A stretch of DNA of 56,338 nucleotides, taken from contig JAZJXT010000001.1 of the NCBI GenBank assembly GCA_040390725.1, forward strand, positions 218,586-274,923, read 5' to 3'. The DNA is from Patescibacteria group bacterium. Lineage in GTDB: Bacteria > Patescibacteriota > Minisyncoccia > Phycocordibacterales > UBA9973. Below are positions 17,577 through 25,612 of this stretch, in pieces. Position 1 is the first letter of the stretch, and the number at the start of each line of letters is the position of its first letter. The notes beneath the pieces are model-generated. The model saw only the letters and a list, made by a program, of their open reading frames with translations, was not told where the DNA came from and made no database searches. Position numbers and translations under genes: made by a program.

Positions 17577-18812
17577 TTACTTTTTCCTTCGTAGAAATGC
17601 TGGAACAGCGCTCCAGTCATCATCACTGCTGTCGTCTTCGACAATTATGTCGTCCACTATTATGTCAGGCTTCTTTTCTAATTTTTTGAAAAAATCATTG
17701 GTGACGGTAGGGGTACTGCTTGGAGTAGTTGTGGAATTATTTGCATTCATATTTTGCAAAGTTGTGCGCACTTCCTTTTTTATCATATCCGCATTTTCTT
17801 CTACTAGTAGAGGCTTGCTACTTGTCAGAGGATTGAAAAGACTTTTCTTTGGCATATCGACAGGGAAGCTGGTAGCAATGACTGTCACTTTCAATTCTCC
17901 TTTTTTCAATTTATCGTCGTGAATAGTTCCGAAAATAACTTTTGCATCTTTGTCGATAGACTCTGTAATTATTTTTGCAGCTTCTTGTATTTCGTGAAGC
18001 GTTATGTCGTCTCCGCCGGAAATTGCAAACAATACGCCCTTTGCGCCATTGATAGAAACTTCGAGAAGAGGGGAATTGATAGCGGAAAATGCCGCTTTTT
18101 CAGCGCGTTTCTCGCCGGAAGCCGAGCCGATGCCCATCAATGCTGTGCCGGAGTCCGCCATGACAGCCTTGATATCTGCAAAGTCCACGTTGATTATTCC
18201 CGGAGTAGTGATGAGGTCAGAGATACCTTCGACTGCTTGGCGCAATACATCATCGCAAGTTGCGAAAGCATTTTTGAAATTAGTATTTTTGTCAGCCATT
18301 TGCAAAAGTTTGTCGTTTGGAATGACGATTATAGCATCCACTTCTTTTGAAAGTTCTTCGAGACCTTTCTCCGCAATTTTCATTCTGTGATTTCCTTCAA
18401 AGAAAAATGGCTTGGTGACGACAGCTACAGTGAGTATACCTTGCTCGCGAGCTGCGCGCGCGACTATCGGCGCTGCACCTGTGCCAGTGCCTCCACCCAT
18501 TCCGCAGGCGATAAAGATCATGTCAGAACCCTTGATGACATCTTGTATTTCAGATTTAGTTTCTTCTGCGGCTTTTTTACCAATGTCAGGATTCATTCCC
18601 GCGCCTAGGCCTTTGGTTAAATTTTTTCCTATATGAATTTTTTTCTCAGCTAAAGAGTGATGTAAATCTTGAGTATCGGTATTCATACAAACGAATTCTA
18701 CACCCTTGACCTTCTTACTTATCATGTGGTTTAAGGCGTTTTTACCGGAACCTCCGACTCCGATGACTTTGATGCGCGCGAATGTTTCGATTTCTGGGTT
18801 TACTTTTGGCAT
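17577..18812 (-). CDS. ftsZ: Cell division protein FtsZ
   Basis: 411 aa. Tubulin signature GGGTGTGAAP, NTD..L, and a C-terminal linker ending in the conserved tail DDDWSAVPAFLRRKK. Confidence 0.95.
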   Translation of the reverse strand: MPKVNPEIETFARIKVIGVGGSGKNALNHMISKKVKGVEFVCMNTDTQDLHHSLAEKKIHIGKNLTKGLGAGMNPDIGKKAAEETKSEIQDVIKGSDMIFIACGMGGGTGTGAAPIVARAAREQGILTVAVVTKPFFFEGNHRMKIAEKGLEELSKEVDAIIVIPNDKLLQMADKNTNFKNAFATCDDVLRQAVEGISDLITTPGIINVDFADIKAVMADSGTALMGIGSASGEKRAEKAAFSAINSPLLEVSINGAKGVLFAISGGDDITLHEIQEAAKIITESIDKDAKVIFGTIHDDKLKKGELKVTVIATSFPVDMPKKSLFNPLTSSKPLLVEENADMIKKEVRTTLQNMNANNSTTTPSSTPTVTNDFFKKLEKKPDIIVDDIIVEDDSSDDDWSAVPAFLRRKK

Positions 18813-18943
18813 ATATTTATATGGTTATTTTTAAACTTTTAATAAAATTTTTGTTACTTATATGACCTCTATATTAGCCCTAAAATAAAAAAAAGCAAAT
18901 TTTGCTTTTTTGAAAAGTGTGGCATAGAAATATAAAAAATAAG

Positions 18944-20107
18944 CTATGGCATCAATTGTTTTGCGATAGATTTTATGGATTCCTTGAGGTCTTTGAAGAG
19001 GTTGGGGAATGTGCCTTCGGTGTAACTTTTTTCATCTTTGTTGCCGATGATTAAGCCTAATGCTGTGAACCATGATGGGTCACGAAGTTTTGTTTTTGTA
19101 TTTTCGAAAATTTCTGTTGTGCCTATTTTAGAAGGAAGTTTTAATGTGTGTTTTGAAAGTTCTTCGAGGCGAGGAATTGCAGAACCTCCACCGACAAATA
19201 CGATGCCTGCCGGCAAGAGTTCATTTCTTTTTATTTTTTTCAAATGATTTTCTATTTTTTCAAAAATATCTTCCATGCGAGCTTCGATAATCTCATCTAA
19301 TTTTTTCTTTGGATATTCTCCGGAGAAATTTCCGAGCTTCAAGCCTTCTGCTTTTTCAATAGGGATTTTTAACCCCAAGGCAATGTCATTTGTAATATTG
19401 GATGAACCGATAGAAAAAACATTTAACGAAATAAGCATCCCATCTTCAAAAACTCCGAGTGATACAGTTTCCGCGCCTATATTTACGACAGCTGAGCCGA
19501 CTACTTTTTGCCTTTCAGAAAGGGCAATATGACTGCTGGCGACAGGCGAGGATATGATGTCTACAGGGTCCACTCCGGCCCCGGTCACGACTTCTATCAA
19601 GTCTTCGATGTGTTGATTGGAACAAGTGACAAAAAGAGTTTTAACTTCGAGCTTTGCTCCGCGCATACCTTCGGGCTTGCCCAGTACTTCTTTGCCATCG
19701 AGACGATAAGAAAGAGGGAACATTTGGATAACTTTTTTATTTTCCAATTTTAAATTATTCTCGCCATTTTCGAGAGCTTTGTTTACATCAAGAGATGTCA
19801 CTTCGCCGTCGGCTTTTGAAACGACAGCATTGCCCAGGTGAACTTCAGAATGCAATGTGACACTGCCGACTCCTATAAATGCTCGGCGTATTTTTATGCC
19901 GGAACTTTTTTCCGCCATAGCTACGGCCTTTTTCAAAGAGCTTGTTGCTTCATTTTTATTTACAATATATCCGTGGCGCACGCCATTTGTTTCACTCTCG
20001 CCCACACCAATAACCTTAGGATATTTTTCTCCTTTTGAAAATTCTCCGACGACTACTCTAATCGTCTGAGACCCGACATCAATCCCGATTGAAATATTTC
20101 TTATCAT
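18944..20107 (-). CDS. ftsA: Cell division protein FtsA
   Basis: 387 aa actin-like ATPase (IGIDVGS..., VNIGAETV, VFVGGGSAIP) immediately upstream of ftsZ. Confidence 0.9.
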   Translation of the reverse strand: MIRNISIGIDVGSQTIRVVVGEFSKGEKYPKVIGVGESETNGVRHGYIVNKNEATSSLKKAVAMAEKSSGIKIRRAFIGVGSVTLHSEVHLGNAVVSKADGEVTSLDVNKALENGENNLKLENKKVIQMFPLSYRLDGKEVLGKPEGMRGAKLEVKTLFVTCSNQHIEDLIEVVTGAGVDPVDIISSPVASSHIALSERQKVVGSAVVNIGAETVSLGVFEDGMLISLNVFSIGSSNITNDIALGLKIPIEKAEGLKLGNFSGEYPKKKLDEIIEARMEDIFEKIENHLKKIKRNELLPAGIVFVGGGSAIPRLEELSKHTLKLPSKIGTTEIFENTKTKLRDPSWFTALGLIIGNKDEKSYTEGTFPNLFKDLKESIKSIAKQLMP

Positions 20108-20468
20108 ATTTTATTTCTAGTCTCTCCATTGTACTACTATGTTGCATTCCTTTCAAATGTAGCATTCCGTGGATAACTAAAAACCCTAAAAATTCTCGAA
20201 AATTTCTGTCGAAGTTTTTCATTTCTTTTTTTATGACATTAGGGCAGAGGATTAGCTCGCCTTCATTTTTTGAAAATGCAAAAGATAGGATATTGGTCGA
20301 TTTGTCTTTGCCTCTATATTTTTTATTATATTCTTGAGAACTTTTTTCACCTACAAATGCTATCGAGAGGGAATATTTTTCACCTAAAATGTCATTTTTG
20401 ATAAGTAAAAAAGGACAAGAGGGAATTCTTGCCTTCGTTTTGTTGGTTATAGAGAAATCACCTTGCAT
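20079..20468 (-). CDS. ybeY: Endoribonuclease YbeY (rRNA maturation factor)
   Basis: HGMLHLKGMQH zinc-binding motif. I prefer the ATG at 20468, which abuts the rpsU stop, over the track start at 20522, which overlaps rpsU. Confidence 0.85.
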   Translation of the reverse strand: MQGDFSITNKTKARIPSCPFLLIKNDILGEKYSLSIAFVGEKSSQEYNKKYRGKDKSTNILSFAFSKNEGELILCPNVIKKEMKNFDRNFREFLGFLVIHGMLHLKGMQHSSTMERLEIKYDKKYFNRD

Positions 20469-20469
20469 A

Positions 20470-20715
20470 TTATCTTGATGATTTTTTAGCAACTGCTTTT
20501 CCGAGCTTGCGAAGCTTTTCAACTTCTTTTCTTCGGCCCATTCTTTTTAGAGCGCCAGCTTTTACTTTCAATTTTGATTCTTTTCTTTCGTTGTAACGCG
20601 CGCCTTTGACTTTGTGGATGATGCCGGATTCCTGGATGCGTCGGGAAAAACGGCGCAATATGCTAGCGTTGTTTTCGTTCGGGTTCTTTTTGACTTCGAT
20701 TATTGTCTTTGCCAT
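20470..20715 (-). CDS. rpsU: 30S ribosomal protein S21
   Basis: 81 aa, very basic. ...SILRRFSRRIQESGI...ARYNERKESKLKVK... is an S21-like pattern. Confidence 0.78.
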   Translation of the reverse strand: MAKTIIEVKKNPNENNASILRRFSRRIQESGIIHKVKGARYNERKESKLKVKAGALKRMGRRKEVEKLRKLGKAVAKKSSR

Positions 20716-20840
20716 ATAAAAGATAGACTATCATATTTAAAATTTATAGCAAGCTCTTGTGTGCCAATTATATATAAATCTTGCTTTTTTAAAAAGATAT
20801 TATATGATTTGTCTAGGAGTTCATAAACATGGAGGTTGAA

Positions 20841-21425
20841 ATGAATATTAGTGAAATTGTAAAAGATTGGAATAGTGTCTATAAAGAAATTTTTGACACA
20901 GAGGCAGATTTTAGTAAAGTTTATATTCCACCTATCCCTATAATGGGTAAATGGAGGCTGCTTTTTATTTTAAAGGCAATAAAAATGGGATTTTCTTACC
21001 AAGTTTGCCAAAAGTTATTTGAAATTAGGTCCTATTGTGACGACTTAGATAAAGATATATCTATTAATTCTCGTAGTCCGGTAGAAAGTTATGCTATATG
21101 GGTGCGGGATGAACCCAGTCCGACCCAAGAGTTTTTGGGCAAAACAATAGCTGTCGATCCAAAAATGGGAAAAGGCATCACCTTGCTTGAAAGAATTATT
21201 TTTGAGATAAAATACTTTACTGAAACAGGCCAACATCTTGATGTTAAAGGGCAAACTTTTTGTTCCGGTTCTCGCAATGCGTCAGGTTTTTTTCCTACAG
21301 TAGATTTAAATAATCAAAGTGAGGTCGATATATTTTGGCACGCACCTGATTTTTTCTACCAAGGCTTTGGAATACGCGAAGTAGTAAGCATGGAAAATTT
21401 TAATAGAGTTTACGTAAAACCGTAA
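20841..21425 (+). CDS. Hypothetical protein (about 194 aa)
   Basis: The ATG at 20841 is preceded by GGAGG (20831-20835) with a 5-nt spacer. No recognisable motif. Confidence 0.5.
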   Translation: MNISEIVKDWNSVYKEIFDTEADFSKVYIPPIPIMGKWRLLFILKAIKMGFSYQVCQKLFEIRSYCDDLDKDISINSRSPVESYAIWVRDEPSPTQEFLGKTIAVDPKMGKGITLLERIIFEIKYFTETGQHLDVKGQTFCSGSRNASGFFPTVDLNNQSEVDIFWHAPDFFYQGFGIREVVSMENFNRVYVKP

Positions 21426-21474
21426 CCTCTATTTTTTTTTGACTTTTAGCCTTAAAAAGGCTAGTATTAAAAGA

Positions 21475-21933
21475 ATGGATTACATAACGGAGGAAAAAAG
21501 AAAAAAATTAGAAATCGAAATCGAGGAATTAAAAGGCCCGAAGCGCAAAGAAATTATAGATGCGTTAGAGTCTGCAAAAGCTCTGGGTGATTTGTCTGAG
21601 AATGCCGAATATCACCAGGCGCGTGAAGATCAAGGAAAATTGGAAGAGCGCATTACAAAAATTGAAAGCATATTACGAGAATCAAAAGTTATTGATAAAA
21701 ATCATAAAAGTGAAATAGCGGAAGTCGGCTCTACCATAGTCGTCGAAAAAGAAGGTGCAAAAGAACAAAAGACGTATCATATAGTAGGCTCCGAAGAAGC
21801 TGATATGGCTCTGGGGAAAATCTCAAATCACTCGCCGATAGGTACAGCGTTCTTTGGAAAAAAGAAAGGCGACAAGGTTTCTTTTAAAACTCCGGGAGGC
21901 GTGGTAAACTATACTATTATTAGTGTAGCGTAA
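21475..21933 (+). CDS. greA: Transcription elongation factor GreA
   Basis: From the ATG at 21475 the protein reads MDYITEEKRKKLEIEIEEL...LSENAEYHQAREDQ...SPIGTAFFGKKKGDKV. The track start at 21439 is a TTG extension. Confidence 0.9.
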   Translation: MDYITEEKRKKLEIEIEELKGPKRKEIIDALESAKALGDLSENAEYHQAREDQGKLEERITKIESILRESKVIDKNHKSEIAEVGSTIVVEKEGAKEQKTYHIVGSEEADMALGKISNHSPIGTAFFGKKKGDKVSFKTPGGVVNYTIISVA

Positions 21934-21974
21934 CTTGTCCCGCATTGGTGTGGATAAAAAATAAAAAATAAAAG

Positions 21975-23429
21975 ATGTCTTCAATTGACGAAATCAGAGA
22001 CTTGAGAATAAAAAAACTTGAACTTTTAAAAGAAAAGGGAATGAATCCGTACCCGGCGGAGTCCAAAAGAGAGCTTAGCTTGGCGGAAGCAATAAATAAT
22101 TTTGAAAATTTAGAAAAGTCTGGCGATGTGAAATGGATTTCCGGAAGAATAATGTCTATCCGCGGACAAGGCGCGATAGTTTTCATAACATTAAATGACG
22201 GCACTGCGAATTTTCAAGGACTTTTGAAAAAAGATGTTTTGGGCGCTGAAAAATTGGAATTTTTCAGCGCCACAGTAGATATCGGAGATTTCGTAGAAAT
22301 TTACGGCACATTTTTTACAACAAAAAGAGGCGAGAAGAGTCTAGAGGCAAAAGATTGGTGCATGCTTACGAAAACTCTTTTACCACTTCCGGAGAAATGG
22401 CATGGCTTACAGGATATTGAAGAAAGATTTCGAAAAAGGTATTTGGATATTTTGATGGATCCGGAGGTAAAAGATATTTTAGAAAAGAAAACAAAATTCT
22501 GGGACACTGCGCGCAACTTTATGAAAGAACATGGGTTCCTGGAAGTCGAAACTCCTTCACTCGAAGTGACGACAGGTGGCGCAGAGGCCACGCCTTTTAA
22601 AACATACAATGAGGATTTCAAGCTTCCTCTTTATTTGCGTATTTCTATCGGCGAGCTTTGGCAGAAGAGGCTTATGTCTGCGGGCTTTCCAAAGACTTTT
22701 GAAATAGGCAGGGCATATAGGAATGAAGGCTCGGATGCGAATCATTTACAAGAATTTACGAATTTGGAATTCTACTGGGCTTATGCGAATTATAAAGATG
22801 GCATGGATCTTGCGGAAAAACTTTATAAAAAAATAGCAATGGATGTTTTTGGAAAAACGGATTTTGAAACTCGCGGGCACAAATTCGACCTCGGCGGAAA
22901 ATGGGAAAAGATTGATTATACGGAGACTGTTAAAAAATATACAGGTATAGATATTTTAAATACGACTTATGATGAAGTAAAAAATAAATTGGACAATTTG
23001 AAAGTGGTCTACGATGGCGAGACTATGGAGCGCCTAGTGGATACTCTTTGGAAGTATTGCCGAAAACAAATTTCCGGTCCGGTGTTTTTGACCGGACATC
23101 CAAAGCTCGTCTCGCCTTTGGCAAAATCAATGCCTGATAATCCTGAACTTACTGAAAGATTTCAAATCATTATCGCCGGCGCGGAAGTCGGCAATGGGTA
23201 TTCGGAATTAAATGACCCGATAAATCAAGCGGAGAGGTTTGAAGCTCAACAAGAACTTATAAAAATGGGGGACAAAGAGGCTATGATGCCAGATGATGAA
23301 TTTGTGGAAATGCTCGAACACGGCATGCCTCCGACGTGCGGTTTTGGTTTCGGTGAAATGCTTTTTGCTTTTCTTGCCGATAAGCCCATCCGCGAAACTC
23401 AATTTTTTCCATTAATGAGACCTAAATAA
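21975..23429 (+). CDS. lysS: Lysyl-tRNA synthetase, class II
   Basis: 484 aa. OB-fold N-domain, motif 2 FEIGRAYRNEG, motif 3 PPTCGFGFGEMLFAFL. Confidence 0.95.
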   Translation: MSSIDEIRDLRIKKLELLKEKGMNPYPAESKRELSLAEAINNFENLEKSGDVKWISGRIMSIRGQGAIVFITLNDGTANFQGLLKKDVLGAEKLEFFSATVDIGDFVEIYGTFFTTKRGEKSLEAKDWCMLTKTLLPLPEKWHGLQDIEERFRKRYLDILMDPEVKDILEKKTKFWDTARNFMKEHGFLEVETPSLEVTTGGAEATPFKTYNEDFKLPLYLRISIGELWQKRLMSAGFPKTFEIGRAYRNEGSDANHLQEFTNLEFYWAYANYKDGMDLAEKLYKKIAMDVFGKTDFETRGHKFDLGGKWEKIDYTETVKKYTGIDILNTTYDEVKNKLDNLKVVYDGETMERLVDTLWKYCRKQISGPVFLTGHPKLVSPLAKSMPDNPELTERFQIIIAGAEVGNGYSELNDPINQAERFEAQQELIKMGDKEAMMPDDEFVEMLEHGMPPTCGFGFGEMLFAFLADKPIRETQFFPLMRPK

Positions 23430-23433
23430 AAAA

Positions 23434-23453
23434 CCTTTACTCTGAAGTAAAGG
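23434..23453. terminator. Hairpin CCTTTACT-CTGA-AGTAAAGG between lysS and the convergent small ORF
   Basis: An A tract on the + side means a U tract when read on the - strand. This is best suited as terminator of ORF 23492..23704 (-) and possibly acts in both directions. Confidence 0.55.
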
Positions 23454-23491
23454 TCAAGCAGGATAAACCGCGAAGTAAACCTGTTTAAAAT

Positions 23492-23704
23492 CTAAGCACG
23501 CAGTGCAGGTAAGCTATGAGGTCTTACCAGAATAATAAATTCTCCATTTCCAGTTTCTTCACGGATAAATTTGGATCTTTTTCGTGGTACTGGGTTGAGG
23601 TGGTCGTTCACATACGGCCATACATGTGCGTTTTCGCATAAATAATAGTTGGGTTTTTGAGTATTTTCATTAACCCCAGAAAGAACTTTTTTAAAAGTAA
23701 ACAT
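23492..23704 (-). CDS. Small hypothetical protein (70 aa) with a strong Shine-Dalgarno sequence
   Basis: AAGGAGG lies 8 nt upstream of the ATG (reverse complement of 23705-23722). Terminator hairpin downstream. Confidence 0.55.
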   Translation of the reverse strand: MFTFKKVLSGVNENTQKPNYYLCENAHVWPYVNDHLNPVPRKRSKFIREETGNGEFIILVRPHSLPALRA

Positions 23705-23743
23705 TTTGATACCCTCCTTAAAAGATTAAGTGAAAATAATAAA

Positions 23744-23778
23744 TAGATTTAGAACTATATAGCAAAGATCTAAATCTA
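23744..23778. promoter_or_regulatory. Perfect 10-bp inverted repeat TAGATTTAGA-N15-TCTAAATCTA (operator-like)
   Basis: Read directly from the sequence. Lies in the divergent region between the 70-aa ORF and mraZ. Confidence 0.3.
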
Positions 23779-23846
23779 AGTAAAGTATTAAACAAAATAG
23801 AATATTTAGCAAGAGTTAAACCTAAAAGTTATCCACAGGTGGCATT

Positions 23847-23875
23847 TTGCATTGTTTTACATTGTGGTTTACAAT
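23847..23875 (+). promoter_or_regulatory. Sigma70-type promoter of the mraZ (dcw) operon
   Basis: -35 TTGCAT (23847-23852), exact 17-nt spacer, -10 TACAAT (23870-23875). Confidence 0.5.
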
Positions 23876-23899
23876 GTATATCAGGTGGGAAAAAGTGGG
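23864..23899 (+). promoter_or_regulatory. MraZ-box-like direct repeats (GTGGT, GTGGG, GTGGG)
   Basis: GTGGG at 23885 and 23895 are exactly 10 nt apart, in the context AAAGTGGGAAA. GTGGT at 23864 is 21 nt upstream. The repeats overlap the predicted transcription start. Confidence 0.45.
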
Positions 23900-23912
23900 A
23901 AATAATAATTTT

Positions 23913-24356
23913 ATGTTAATCGGTGAATATATACACACAATAGATGAAAAGAATCGAATGTCATTGCCGGTGAAGTTCCGCAAGGAATTGGGCAAGAAGG
24001 TTATTATCACGCCTGGACTCGACAATTGTTTGTTCATTTTTACAGTCAAAGAATGGGAAAAAGTTTCAAAAAGACTTTCTGATTCAGACTCTGATTTATC
24101 TTTTTTGAAAGCTGATAAGAGAAGTTTTAACCGATTTATGTTCGGACGAGCGACTGACGTGGAGATAGATTCAATAGGTAGAGTTTTAGTACCGGAATTT
24201 TTGAAAGAAAGAATCGGCTTGAAAGGCAAAGCGGCAATAATCGGAGTGCAAGATCGTGTGGAAGTTTGGAATGATGAAGCTTGGGCAAAGTATAAAGATG
24301 TTGCCGAAAAGCAAGCGGATGAATTAGCAGAAAAATTAGGGAATGAAAAGAAATAA
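23913..24356 (+). CDS. mraZ: Transcriptional regulator MraZ
   Basis: MLIGEYIHTIDEKNRMSLP... and a second SpoVT/AbrB-like repeat (IDSIGRVLVPEFL). The track start at 23847 would read through the promoter. Confidence 0.9.
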   Translation: MLIGEYIHTIDEKNRMSLPVKFRKELGKKVIITPGLDNCLFIFTVKEWEKVSKRLSDSDSDLSFLKADKRSFNRFMFGRATDVEIDSIGRVLVPEFLKERIGLKGKAAIIGVQDRVEVWNDEAWAKYKDVAEKQADELAEKLGNEKK

Positions 24357-25231
24357 TGAATAGCGTTCATAAGACAGTTCTTTTAAATGAAACAATAGAT
24401 GGGTTAAATCTACCAAAGAATCCTGTGGTGATTGATGGCACATTTGGAGGAGGGGGGCACAGTTTGGAAATTTGTAAAAAATATCCGGGCGCAAAAATTA
24501 TCGCATACGATATGGATAAAGCTGTATGGGATAGAGCAAAAGATAAATTTGCAAAGCTAGATTGTACAGTTGAATTTAATAATACAAATTTCAGAAATAT
24601 TAGTGGTGAGAATGTTGACGGAGTGATTTTGGACTTAGGTTTGAGCTCTGATCAGCTAGAGAATTCCGGACGAGGATTTTCTTTTATGAAAGATGAGCAT
24701 TTGCTCATGACTATGAAAGAAAATCCTTCTTTAGAAGATGTGACGGCATACGATGCCGTGAACACTTGGGGAGAAGAAAATTTGGCGAACATTATTTACG
24801 GTTTTGGTGAGGAAAAATTCTCAAGGAGAATAGCCAAGGCAATAGTGGATGCCAGGCAAAAGTCTGATATAAAAACAACTTTTGATTTAGTAAAAATAAT
24901 CAGTGACGCAGTACCAGCAGGATACAGAAAGGGAAGATTGCACTTTGCCACACGTACATTTCAGGCCTTGAGGATAGCGGTAAATGATGAACTCGGAGCA
25001 TTGCAGGAAGGGTTAGAAAAAAGTTTTAATGTTTTGAAGAAAGGAGGCAGGATATCAGTAATATCATTTCACAGCTTAGAGGACAGAATAGTCAAAAATT
25101 TTTACAAAGAAAAAGAGAAAAATGGTTTAGCAAAAATTATAAATAAAAAAATAATTACAGCGAGCATAGAAGAATTAAAAAGTAACCCAAGATCACGAAG
25201 CGCAAAATTAAGAATAATAGAAAAAATATAA
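24356..25231 (+). CDS. rsmH: 16S rRNA (cytosine1402-N4)-methyltransferase RsmH
   Basis: 291 aa. DGTFGGGGHS, DLGLSSDQL and ISFHSLEDRIVK. Confidence 0.93.
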   Translation: MNSVHKTVLLNETIDGLNLPKNPVVIDGTFGGGGHSLEICKKYPGAKIIAYDMDKAVWDRAKDKFAKLDCTVEFNNTNFRNISGENVDGVILDLGLSSDQLENSGRGFSFMKDEHLLMTMKENPSLEDVTAYDAVNTWGEENLANIIYGFGEEKFSRRIAKAIVDARQKSDIKTTFDLVKIISDAVPAGYRKGRLHFATRTFQALRIAVNDELGALQEGLEKSFNVLKKGGRISVISFHSLEDRIVKNFYKEKEKNGLAKIINKKIITASIEELKSNPRSRSAKLRIIEKI

Positions 25232-25249
25232 AAAATAAAAAGAAATAAT

Positions 25250-25612
25250 ATGACAACAGCAACACTAAAATTTAAGAGATATGGAGGTAATCACGGCATG
25301 AGTATTGTGAATAATAATCACAGCATGCAGGCTGTTTTACTGAATATTATGCTGTGGTCAGCCGGCGCATTGGTTCTTTTTTACTTTTTTCTTTTAGGTA
25401 ATACTGTTTTTAATATAGTTGCACGAAAAAGCATAGAGACTAATAGTCGTGTCTTGTCCAGTGATGTCGGGCAGATGGAATTGCAATACATAGCTCTTTC
25501 GAATAAAGTTAATCTTACCCTTGCTCAATCTATGGGTTTTCAGGAGACAAAAATAAAATACGCTACCGCTAAAAATGTCGGTAGTTTAAAAATTTCAAAC
25601 AATGAACTCTAG
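25250..25612 (+). CDS. FtsL-like single-pass membrane protein (assigned by position)
   Basis: 120 aa with one TM helix. Sits between rsmH and ftsI, as FtsL does in dcw clusters. Confidence 0.5.
   Translation: MTTATLKFKRYGGNHGMSIVNNNHSMQAVLLNIMLWSAGALVLFYFFLLGNTVFNIVARKSIETNSRVLSSDVGQMELQYIALSNKVNLTLAQSMGFQETKIKYATAKNVGSLKISNNEL

Noticed and set aside
18885-18912. Terminator between ftsA and ftsZ (AAAAGCAAA-TT-TTGCTTTT)
   Set aside because: The stem is almost entirely A-T with only two G-C pairs. It may attenuate weakly but is too weak to call.
23822-24370. 182-aa minus-strand ORF
   Set aside because: It is entirely antisense to mraZ, which has clear family motifs. Its product is low-complexity and Ser/Phe-rich. 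It is a shadow ORF.
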